Below, piece after piece: positions 16,061-23,835 of a DNA stretch of 64,000 nt. The translations under genes were made by a program, and so were the position numbers. Numbering within the stretch: the first letter of the stretch is position 1; every line of letters begins with the position of its first letter. Location of the stretch: the NCBI GenBank assembly GCA_015067465.1, contig SVMK01000002.1, positions 175 to 64,174 of the forward strand, given 5' to 3'. This stretch comes from Oscillospiraceae bacterium (GTDB lineage Bacteria > Bacillota > Clostridia > Oscillospirales > Oscillospiraceae). The notes beneath the pieces are model-generated. The model had not been told where the DNA came from. It saw only the letters and a program-made list of their open reading frames with translations, and made no database searches.

Positions 16061-17122
16061 ATGCTGACTGAGGGCTACTCAATCCTCGCAGTGATCGAAG
16101 ACGATAAAACCTGCGCGGCGGTATACGCGCTGCTGGAAAAAGACCAGAAATACCGCCTGTGCCGCATAACTGCCGACTTCCACAAGGCCGGAAAAGAACT
16201 GCAGCATCATGCAATGGACGCCGTGATTATTTTCATGGAGCACCTGAGTCCCAGCGCAAAAGCATGGATTAAAAACACCATAGAAAAGAGCGCTGTTCCG
16301 GTGCTGGTTTCCACGGCGGACAAAATAAGCGCGCGCGAGCTCGGCGTGGAGGAAACCATGTTCCGCACCTGCTCCTTTGCCAGCGGCACGCCCATGAGCA
16401 TCGTGAGCGAGATCAATATCAAAATCCGCGTTCTCGCGCAAAACAAAAAGAAAATGCCCGCCCCCCAGCAGCACAAGGTGCGCAATGTTGATATCAATAT
16501 CGTCAACCGCATCCTCTCGGGCACCATCAACGGCGACAACTACGCCAAGCCGGAAAAGCTGATCGCCATCGGCGCATCCATGGGCGGCGTGGAGGCTGTG
16601 ACCAAAGTTTTGTCCATGCTGCCGGCGCAGATGCCCGGCATTGTGGTAACGCAGCATATGCCCCCCGGCTTCACTTCCATGTTTGCCAAGAGCATCAAGG
16701 ATGTCTGCGAACTGAAAGTGCAGGAGGCGGTGGACTGCGGCGTGATCGAGCCGGGAACGATCTATATCGCCCCCGGCGGCAAGCACCTCACCGTGAAAGC
16801 CGGCGAAAACGGCGGCTACATTACCCGCCTTCGCCTCGGCGAGCGGGTGGAAGGTCATATTCCCTCTGTAACCACGCTGTTTGAGTCTGTGGCGGCTGCT
16901 GCCGGAAAACATGCCATGGGAATCATCCTCACCGGCATGGGCGGAGACGGCGCTGCAGGCCTGCTCAAGATGCGTCAGGCCGGCGCGTTCACCGTAGGGC
17001 AGGACGAAGCATCCTCGCTGGTTTACGGCATGCCGCGCGTGGCGTTTGAGCTTGGCGCGGTGAGCAAACAGGTTCCGCTGGAGCAGATCCCGCGCAACAT
17101 GATTACCTATGCCAACCGCTGA
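16061..17122 (+). CDS. cheB: protein-glutamate methylesterase CheB with a degenerate receiver domain
   Basis: The catalytic domain is intact (GASMGG, VTQHMPPGFT, GMGGDG). In the N-terminal receiver-like region, AVIIFMEHLSP stands where DVxxxDxxMP is expected. Confidence 0.9.
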   Translation: MLTEGYSILAVIEDDKTCAAVYALLEKDQKYRLCRITADFHKAGKELQHHAMDAVIIFMEHLSPSAKAWIKNTIEKSAVPVLVSTADKISARELGVEETMFRTCSFASGTPMSIVSEINIKIRVLAQNKKKMPAPQQHKVRNVDINIVNRILSGTINGDNYAKPEKLIAIGASMGGVEAVTKVLSMLPAQMPGIVVTQHMPPGFTSMFAKSIKDVCELKVQEAVDCGVIEPGTIYIAPGGKHLTVKAGENGGYITRLRLGERVEGHIPSVTTLFESVAAAAGKHAMGIILTGMGGDGAAGLLKMRQAGAFTVGQDEASSLVYGMPRVAFELGAVSKQVPLEQIPRNMITYANR

Positions 17123-17150
17123 GTCGAAAAAAGCAGAACTATGCAAATAA

Positions 17151-17200
17151 AATCACCCCGACGCGTGTCCGGACAGGACGCACGGCAGGGTGATTTTTTG
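17151..17200 (+). terminator. probable che operon terminator
   Basis: AATCACCC ... GGGTGATT closes a structured GC-rich 29 nt insert and is followed by TTTTTTG, about 30 nt after the cheB stop. Confidence 0.5.
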
Positions 17201-17211
17201 TTTGCGGCGAT

Positions 17212-17228
17212 ACTATATTAAATATAGT
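17212..17228. repeat. AT-rich perfect palindrome ACTATAT-TAA-ATATAGT
   Basis: Read directly from the sequence. Related palindromes lie at 3162-3176 (CTATAT-ATA-ATATAG) and 7392-7413. Confidence 0.6.
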
Positions 17229-17252
17229 GTGTGCACCGCCCGCGCGCCCTGT

Positions 17253-17510
17253 GCGCGCAGGACGCGCAGGGTGCACACAGACGCACACAGACGCACACAG
17301 ACGCGCAGGACGCACGCAGACGCGCAGGACACGCAGGGCGCACAGGGCGCGCAGGGTGCGCAGGACGCACAGGGTGCGCAGGACGCACAGGGCGCGCAGG
17401 GCGCGCAGGGCGCGCAGGACACGCAGGACACGCAGGACACGCAGGACGCACACAGACGCACACAGACGCACACAGACGCACAGGGTGCGCAGGACGCACA
17501 CAGACGCACA
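17253..17510. repeat. complex tandem array of ~29 short (9-11 nt) CAG-terminated units, non-coding
   Basis: Head-to-tail units include GGCGCGCAG x3, GACACGCAG x3, ACGCACACAG x3 (twice), GGTGCGCAG and GACGCACAG. All six frames are open, and the track reports overlapping ORFs on both strands. Confidence 0.9.
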
Positions 17511-17627
17511 GGCGGCATCCAGCCGCGCCGTGTGTTGAACCCGTCGCTTTCCGCGCGCAGGGAGGCGTGCGGCAAAAAAACACCGCTCTCGCCCGCGGGC
17601 GAAAACGGCTGCAAAAATCACAAAAAG

Positions 17628-17655
17628 TTACATATTTATTTAAAATAGTTACAAT
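17628..17655 (+). promoter_or_regulatory. sigma-A-like promoter candidate in an AT-rich island
   Basis: TTACAT (17628-17633), 16 nt spacer, TACAAT (17650-17655). It is followed by AAGGGAG and a possible 17-codon ORF (17671-17724). Confidence 0.3.
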
Positions 17656-17682
17656 TTAAAATAAGGGAGTATGCACAACCAG

Positions 17683-17709
17683 CCCCGGACGCATTTCCGG
17701 AGCTTTTTT
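17683..17709 (+). terminator. small plus-strand terminator-like hairpin
   Basis: CCGGA-CGCATT-TCCGG followed by AGCTTTTTTG. Confidence 0.4.
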
Positions 17710-17740
17710 GTAACGATTTGTTAAATTTTTAAATATCCGG

Positions 17741-17770
17741 GGGAACTCCCGGCGCAAGCCGGGAGTTCCC
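17741..17770 (-). terminator. strong hairpin, probable flagellin terminator
   Basis: GGGAACTCCCGGC-GCAA-GCCGGGAGTTCCC, a perfect 13 bp stem. On the minus strand it is followed by CCGGATATTTAAAAATTT. It lies about 130 nt after the flagellin stop. Confidence 0.6.
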
Positions 17771-17902
17771 GCCGTGGGGGTTAAGGTTTTGCGATTGCCT
17801 TTTGATTGTGCTGCACCGTTTCCGGGGTTACACGGGCCGTAAGCCCGGGGCTAAGCGGCTAAGCCGCGGCCGAAGCGCTGCCAATCGTACCCGTTGGTTC
17901 TA

Positions 17903-20272
17903 TCAGCCGATGAGGGACAGAACGTTCTGGGGCAGGCTGTTTGCCTGAGCCAGCATTGCGGTTGCAGCCTGGGACAGGATGTTGGCGTTGGTGAACTTGG
18001 TCATTTCCTTTGCCATATCCACGTCGCGGATCTGGCTCTCGGCAGCGGTCAGGTTCTCGTTGGAGGTGTCGAGGTTTGCAATCTTGTGGTCCAGTCTGTT
18101 CTGGATAGCACCGAGATATGCGCGCTGAGAAGCAACCTCGTTCAGAGCCTTGTCAACTGCGGAGAGAGCATTGGAGGCATTCTCGCGGGAGAGAACGTCA
18201 GCAGATGCAACGCCGAGATACTCAGCATCCATGCGGTCCACATTGATGACCAGCTCGTCGCCCTTGTTTGCGCCGATCTGGAAGGTGAGGCCTGCGCCGT
18301 CAGCAACATTGACGCTGAAGGTGGAGGGAGCACCGCCGAACACCTGGCCGTAGGTTGCCTGTCCGTCGGGAGCGCCGGCACCGGTGATGGGAGCTTCGCC
18401 TGCGGCTTCTTCGGTAGCAGTGAGTGCTGCAGTGCCGTTAGCTGCGGTGGGATCGTAGGTGAACTTCTTCTGAGTTGTAGAAACGCTGGTAAAGGAGTTG
18501 TTGGTACCAGCAGTGAAGTCGAGAGCGGTGTGCTCAATATAGGTCTGAGTGCCAGCAGCTGCAGTAGCGTTGTCAGCGGTCAGCTGTGCCTGCAATGCGG
18601 TCTTAATGCTGGTGGCGAGGGCAGTGGCAGCGCCCTGGTTGCTGGTGCCAAGCGTGACATAGGTGTTTGCAGCCTTGCCAGCGGTATCGGCGCCGTTTGC
18701 AAGAATTTCGACGGTGTAGGTCTTGCCGTCGGCGATGGACATGGTGACCTTCTTGCCGATCAGGGCGGACAGATCTGTGGTGGCGGTAGAGTTAGTCCAG
18801 TTGAAGTCGGAAGCGGCATCACTGCTGACGGTAACGGTCTTTTTGTCGCCGCTGGACAGAGTAACACCAGTATCGAACTTACCGTACTTAACGCCCTCTA
18901 CGGTGGAGGCGGGAGCAGCACCGACAGTGGCGGGCTCCTTCTGAGTCAGGGTCAGCTTATCGGTGTCAGCATCGTAAGCTGCGGTGTAGCTCTTGCCGGA
19001 GGCGTTGTTGTAGTCCTCAACGAACTTCGCCATGGTCTTGTCGGTGTTTTCGGTCCAGGTCATGTTGACGCCGTCGATGTTCTTGCCGCTGAAGTGTGTT
19101 TCAGCGGTGGACTTGGAAAGATCGAAGGAGTAAACAGCCTTGGTGCCGGTGTTGTTCTGCTCTGCGTAGTCGTCAGCGCTGACAGTGACGTCGGAAACGG
19201 TCAGCTGGTCGAAGGAAACGGTGACGCCGTTGGAGAAGGTGACGGAGTTCATGCCTGCGGAGAGCTTGACGTCCTCAGCGCCGGTCATGGTTGCATACAG
19301 AGCGTAGGTAGCGTCCTTCGCGTCAACGCCGCCGGTGGCGGAGAGGGTCAGCGCGTCGGAGAGTTCCTTGGCGACGGTCTCCATGGTGGAGTCGTTGGAG
19401 GTGGAGAACGTGGTCTTGGTGTCCAGCGTCATCTGGAAGGCCTCGGAGTTGCCGTTGCCGAACTTCAGAGTCAGCGGGGTGCTGGTGTCGGCAGCGTATG
19501 CATCCAGCTCATCCTTGGTCAGGGTTGCGGTGAAGGTCTGGCCGTTGTCGCCCTTGGCGGTCAGGCTCATTTCCTTGGTGTCCGCATTCCAGGAAGCCTC
19601 GATGTCGTAGTTGCCGTTTGCCAGAGAGGTGTTCTCCAGGGTGCCGCCGGTGGAAACGGTGATGGCGCCTGCGGTGACCTTGGAATCGAGAGAGGTGCCG
19701 GTGAACTTTGCGGTGGCGGCAGCAACAGCTGCGGACTCTGCCTTGACAACTGCCTCGAAGGAGTAGTTACCGGCGGCAACCTTACCCAGGGAGACGGACA
19801 GGCCGGAGCTTGCCAGGCTGAGGTTGGAGGTGGCTGCCTGCTTCTTGGACAGAGAGCCGTCGAGCAGGTTCTTCTTGTTGAAGGTGGTGGTCTTTGCGAT
19901 GTTGTTCAGCTCTTCCTGCAGCTGAGAGAACTCGTCCTGCAGAGCTTCGCGGTCGATCGCGTTTTCGTTGGTGTCGTTCGCGGACTGAACAGCCAGCTCA
20001 CGCATACGCTGCAGAATCTCGGTGGAAGCGCCGAGGGAGCCTTCAGCGGTCTGGGTGAGGGAGATGGCGTCCTGTGCGTTGGTGGAAGCCTGGCTCAGGC
20101 CGCGGATCTGGGCACGCATCTTTTCGGAGATGGCGAGACCTGCTGCGTTGTCAGCTGCGCTGTTGATGGCAAAGCCGGAAGACAGCTTAGCGACGGAGTT
20201 TGCGATCTTGTTGTTGTTCTTGGTGTACTGCGTGAAGGTGTTCATCGCAGTCAGGTTGGTGTTGATACGCAT
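17903..20272 (-). CDS. fliC: flagellin with a very large central variable domain (789 aa)
   Basis: The N-terminus [16 protein letters not shown]...[30 protein letters not shown] and the C-terminus [14 protein letters not shown]...[25 protein letters not shown] are canonical D0/D1 segments. AGGAGGG Shine-Dalgarno. Start re-set from 20437 to the ATG at 20272. Confidence 0.93.
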   Translation of the reverse strand: MRINTNLTAMNTFTQYTKNNNKIANSVAKLSSGFAINSAADNAAGLAISEKMRAQIRGLSQASTNAQDAISLTQTAEGSLGASTEILQRMRELAVQSANDTNENAIDREALQDEFSQLQEELNNIAKTTTFNKKNLLDGSLSKKQAATSNLSLASSGLSVSLGKVAAGNYSFEAVVKAESAAVAAATAKFTGTSLDSKVTAGAITVSTGGTLENTSLANGNYDIEASWNADTKEMSLTAKGDNGQTFTATLTKDELDAYAADTSTPLTLKFGNGNSEAFQMTLDTKTTFSTSNDSTMETVAKELSDALTLSATGGVDAKDATYALYATMTGAEDVKLSAGMNSVTFSNGVTVSFDQLTVSDVTVSADDYAEQNNTGTKAVYSFDLSKSTAETHFSGKNIDGVNMTWTENTDKTMAKFVEDYNNASGKSYTAAYDADTDKLTLTQKEPATVGAAPASTVEGVKYGKFDTGVTLSSGDKKTVTVSSDAASDFNWTNSTATTDLSALIGKKVTMSIADGKTYTVEILANGADTAGKAANTYVTLGTSNQGAATALATSIKTALQAQLTADNATAAAGTQTYIEHTALDFTAGTNNSFTSVSTTQKKFTYDPTAANGTAALTATEEAAGEAPITGAGAPDGQATYGQVFGGAPSTFSVNVADGAGLTFQIGANKGDELVINVDRMDAEYLGVASADVLSRENASNALSAVDKALNEVASQRAYLGAIQNRLDHKIANLDTSNENLTAAESQIRDVDMAKEMTKFTNANILSQAATAMLAQANSLPQNVLSLIG

Positions 20273-20279
20273 GATAATT

Positions 20280-20322
20280 CCCTCCTTGAAATTAAATCGG
20301 GTGGCAGCGTCCTTGCCGCCAC
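20280..20322 (-). promoter_or_regulatory. two candidate CsrA binding sites in the flagellin 5' leader
   Basis: The RNA reads GUGGCGGC-AAGGAC-GCUGCCAC, an 8 bp stem with GGA in a hexaloop (20301-20322). It also reads UUCAAGGAGGGAA overlapping the Shine-Dalgarno (20280-20290). Confidence 0.5.
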
Positions 20323-20387
20323 TGTTTTTATTGTCGGCGAAACGTCCTGCCCTCTTGGCTTTGACGCTTCTTATCGCCGCACTATTA

Positions 20388-20414
20388 TCATCGGCTGTTT
20401 TCAGGAAAACTTTA
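20388..20414 (-). promoter_or_regulatory. sigma-28-type promoter of the flagellin gene
   Basis: Minus strand reads TAAA (20414-20411), 15 nt spacer, GCCGATGA (20395-20388). An A/T-tract block (20416-20468) lies immediately upstream, resembling an UP element. Confidence 0.7.
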
Positions 20415-20669
20415 GCGTTTTTTCGAAAAAAATTCAAAAAAATTCGAAAATTTTTAAAATTTTTTTCTGTATGGTCAAACGCTGCTTTTTCGCCCCTTTA
20501 CGCGCGTGTGGGAAAATAGGTTTAAAACTTGTAAATAAAGGAAAATTACATAATTATGGAAACCATATTTTCACTATCCGAAAAGGGCAAAATCACCCGA
20601 ATTTTTCGCAAATCGGACACAAAAAAGTGTCAACTGTTTATTTAAATTGTGTTTTGCAGAATTTTGTCG

Positions 20670-20698
20670 TTGCATTTTTCACATGCTTCGTGTATCAT
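20670..20698 (+). promoter_or_regulatory. sigma-A-like promoter candidate for the AraC-family gene
   Basis: TTGCAT (20670-20675), 17 nt spacer, TATCAT (20693-20698). Confidence 0.4.
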
Positions 20699-20703
20699 CT
20701 ATA

Positions 20704-21819
20704 ATGGCATACGTATTATGGAAACCGTGTATTTCCCGCCCGAAACCACAAGATATGGGAAAGTTACGGTCAACCGCAGGATGCACTTTTTTCACGACGA
20801 CAGAGGTGAACGCCGCCGTGGCGGAAGCAAGGTTCGAAAGCGCGAAGGATTTCAATGCCGTAATTTTTGATTGCTGCGACGATGTGCGCAGCTATTATGA
20901 CGGGATTTTTACCATTGGTTTCCTGAAAAAAGAATACGGACGCGGCAAAGTTGAGCTGCACTGTCCTGCCGAAGGCGTTGCGCTGATCGTATGTTCCGGA
21001 AGCCTCAATGAGGATCTGCGTGCCGACTTGCGCACGCCGACGGACGAAATGTTTTGTCTGTGCAATCTTTCCGGCAGTCTGGAACTGACCTGCCCGGGCG
21101 TGCGGCAGATGCTGCTGAAGGAAAAAGAGGTTGTTTTTTCGCCGCCTGACCGCACCGAACCGGTGCACTGCACTTTGCGTGTTCCGGGCGGAGAGGCGTT
21201 TCAGTATGCCGCCGTTTGCATCGAGCGCGGTGCATGGAAGCGCGTTTTCAACGAAACGCTCCCCTTCCTCAACGCGGGCGCTTCGCGTGAGCACGGCGCG
21301 GTGCCGCTGTGGACGGGCGCGGTGCCGCAGATTCACAGTGTGTTTTTCGAGCTGTGTAATGCGCGGATGAACAATGCCGCGAGCGAGCGGCTGCTGCTTT
21401 GTTCCTGCGCAATGCGCATTGCCGCGTACATATTCGACCTGCGCGCGGATGCGGAAAAATATCCCGTCAAGCCGGAGGACGCGGAAAGCCTGCTCATCGC
21501 CAACATTCCGAACCGGATGCTGCGCGATACCGTCAACCCGCCCACGGTGGCGGAGCTGGCACAGGAACTGGGGATTTCCGCAACCAAGCTGAAAAACGGC
21601 TTTAAGGCAATTTACGGCGTGCCGATTTACACGATGTTCAAAAAAATGAAGCTTGAGTCGGCATATAATATGCTGCGGACCACTTCGTGCACGATCGGCG
21701 AGGTTGCGTTCCAGTGCGGCTATCAGAGCCAGAGCCAGTTCTGCGATGCATTCAAGCGGCAGTACGGCGTTACGCCGAGCCGTCTGCGTGCGCAGTATCG
21801 CCAAACGGAAAAAAAGTAA
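20704..21819 (+). CDS. AraC/XylS-family transcriptional regulator (5' boundary uncertain)
   Basis: The C-terminal double HTH reads TVAELAQELGISATKLKNGFKAIYG ... IGEVAFQCGYQSQSQFCDAFKRQYGVTPSRLR. The N-terminal ~270 aa are unassigned. Candidate starts are 20647, 20704 and 20755, or 20718 in another frame. Confidence 0.8.
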   Translation: MAYVLWKPCISRPKPQDMGKLRSTAGCTFFTTTEVNAAVAEARFESAKDFNAVIFDCCDDVRSYYDGIFTIGFLKKEYGRGKVELHCPAEGVALIVCSGSLNEDLRADLRTPTDEMFCLCNLSGSLELTCPGVRQMLLKEKEVVFSPPDRTEPVHCTLRVPGGEAFQYAAVCIERGAWKRVFNETLPFLNAGASREHGAVPLWTGAVPQIHSVFFELCNARMNNAASERLLLCSCAMRIAAYIFDLRADAEKYPVKPEDAESLLIANIPNRMLRDTVNPPTVAELAQELGISATKLKNGFKAIYGVPIYTMFKKMKLESAYNMLRTTSCTIGEVAFQCGYQSQSQFCDAFKRQYGVTPSRLRAQYRQTEKK

Positions 21820-22169
21820 AAAAATTGCTGCTTTCGGCCGGTTTTCAACAAGTTTTCCACCGGCGTTGCCGGCCGGGTTTGCGCTGCGCCGCACCGCACA
21901 GGCGACGGAAGATGCTTTTGTTTTTGTCGCTTGGTCAAAACAACGAAATTTGCAAAACATTTTCCAAAAATTTGTAGAACGTTTATGAAAGATGTCGTTT
22001 TGGGATAAGTGTTTGTCCAAATTGGAGATACAAATATTTATTATAAATGTTATAATTTGAGACACGGAAGTGTCGGCGGTAAACGTCGGTGCTTATATTC
22101 GTCTATAGGACAAAATTTTTAATTATAAGCCGCAGCAAAACTGCTGATAGATGAGGAAGAAAAAAGGCT

Positions 22170-23801
22170 ATGGGAAAATTCTTTTCAACAACCTGGGCCA
22201 AGCTGAAAGAAACGGTTGAGAAGATGAGCAAAAAGATGCGCATCCTTGTGATTGCGGCAATCGTGGTGATCATCGCGTCCAGCGTTCTGATCGCCGTTGC
22301 TCTGAACAGAGTCAACTACGTCCCGCTGTATACGGGCCTTTCTGCGGGCGAGGCGGGACAGATCGCCACCATGCTTGAAGAACAGGGTGTGGAATACAAG
22401 GTTGAAAATACCGACACGATTCTCGTTGCCGAAGAGCGCGTGAACGATCTGCGCATCTCCTTTGCCGCGCAGGGCTATCCCCAGACGGGACTTTCCTACG
22501 ACATTTTCTCCGACGGCTCCACCTTCGGCTCCACGGACGTGGAAACCCAGGTGCGTCTGCAGTATCAGCTGCAGGAAAATCTGCGCACCACCATCAACTC
22601 CATGAACAAGATCGAGGACAGCATCGTCATCGTCAACCTCCCGACGAAATCGTCCTACGTTTCCTCCTCCAACCGCACGGAAGCGAGCGCGGCCGTGATG
22701 CTGAGTATCACCCCCGGTCAGACGCTCTCCAACGCGGAAGCCCGCGCGATTGCGGAATTTATCATGAAAAGCATTCCCACCCTCAAGATGGACAATGTCA
22801 GCATTGTGGACGCGGGAATGAACATTTACGACGTCAGCGACGAGGCGGCAAAGCTGCCGAGCACGGCCTATTCCGCAAACCAGCAGGAGCTGGCGGAAAA
22901 CATGAAGGCCGTTCTTGCCGACCAGGTGCTGCGCGTGCTCGAGCCTTCGCTCGGCAGCGGCAACGTTGCGGTGTCGGTCAACCTGCATCTGGATTTTGAC
23001 GAAACCACGGTTTCTTCCGTTGAGTTTGCACCTCCCGTGGCGGATATGCGCGAAGGCTTGCTTCGCAGCTCCGAAGTTCTGCACGACGCGCTTTACGCGG
23101 TGGACGAACTGGAGGGCGGCCGTGTGGGGACCGACAGCAACGGCCTTTCCGGCACCGAATACGTCTACGACGAAGACGGCGACGGACGTGTGACGAGCGA
23201 CAGCCTTTCCGAGATTTACAACTACGAGCTGAACGAGGTTCAGACGCAGATCAAAAAAGCACAGGGCACGGTGACGGGGCTTTCCGTCGCGGTTGTAATC
23301 AACAGCGAAGTGAAAAACGCCGACAAGGTGCTCGAGCAGGTGGGCAACCTGGTTGCCAATGCCATCGGCGTTGACTCCGAGTACATTTCCGTTGCGGCGC
23401 TGCCGTTTGTGGAATCTGCGAATATGACCTTCGCGGGCTATCTGCAGCAGAACGAAAACCTGATGAAGGATCTGGCGAAGAACGACCTGATCAAGACGCT
23501 TTGCATCTGCGGCGCGGTTTTGCTCGGCGTGATCATTCTGGTGCTGCTGCTGCGCAAGATTATCGCACCGAAGCCCGTGGAAGAAGAGGGGCTGGATCTG
23601 GAACTGAGCCCGGAGGAAGCGGAAGCTGCCGAACTTGCGGCGCTGGCGGACGCGGAGGGCTACGACGCGATGGATCACGCCACACTGCTGGCGGGCCTGC
23701 AGAAGCAGTCCGAAATTTCCAGAAAGATCGACGAACTCATGAGCGTCGGCCCCGAAACCGCGGTGCTCATCATCCGCAACTGGCTTTCTGAAAACAACTG
23801 A
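22170..23801 (+). CDS. fliF: flagellar MS-ring protein FliF
   Basis: 543 aa with an N-terminal TM segment. YVPLYTGLSAGEAGQIATMLEEQGVEYK and LRISFAAQGYPQ are typical. A second TM segment lies near the C-terminus. Confidence 0.93.
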   Translation: MGKFFSTTWAKLKETVEKMSKKMRILVIAAIVVIIASSVLIAVALNRVNYVPLYTGLSAGEAGQIATMLEEQGVEYKVENTDTILVAEERVNDLRISFAAQGYPQTGLSYDIFSDGSTFGSTDVETQVRLQYQLQENLRTTINSMNKIEDSIVIVNLPTKSSYVSSSNRTEASAAVMLSITPGQTLSNAEARAIAEFIMKSIPTLKMDNVSIVDAGMNIYDVSDEAAKLPSTAYSANQQELAENMKAVLADQVLRVLEPSLGSGNVAVSVNLHLDFDETTVSSVEFAPPVADMREGLLRSSEVLHDALYAVDELEGGRVGTDSNGLSGTEYVYDEDGDGRVTSDSLSEIYNYELNEVQTQIKKAQGTVTGLSVAVVINSEVKNADKVLEQVGNLVANAIGVDSEYISVAALPFVESANMTFAGYLQQNENLMKDLAKNDLIKTLCICGAVLLGVIILVLLLRKIIAPKPVEEEGLDLELSPEEAEAAELAALADAEGYDAMDHATLLAGLQKQSEISRKIDELMSVGPETAVLIIRNWLSENN

Positions 23802-23835
23802 GTTCTGAGAATCTGACGAAAGGGGAACCAACCCA

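Noticed and set aside
17253-17510. Tandem array read as a CRISPR array
   Set aside because: The units are only 9-11 nt and directly abut each other with no unique spacers. No cas genes or leader are present.
17190-17648. Tandem array read as a collagen-like or repeat protein (for example GAQGAQGAQ in one frame)
   Set aside because: The Gly-X-Y pattern lasts only a few triplets and the frame drifts with the 10-11 nt units. All six frames are equally open. There is no Shine-Dalgarno or signal peptide. The flanks translate to Arg/Cys-rich nonsense.
20556-20645. 29-codon ORF (METIFSLSEKGKITRIFRKSDTKKCQLFI) upstream of the AraC-family gene
   Set aside because: It has only a weak Shine-Dalgarno-like AAAGGAAA at suboptimal spacing, and I cannot assess conservation. 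I mention it only as part of the duplicated TTATGGAAACC observation.
17894-20704. 936 aa plus-strand ORF across the flagellin region
   Set aside because: It lies antisense to the flagellin gene and runs on through the AT-rich promoter region. It has Gly/Val/Ser-rich composition and no recognisable domain or Shine-Dalgarno.
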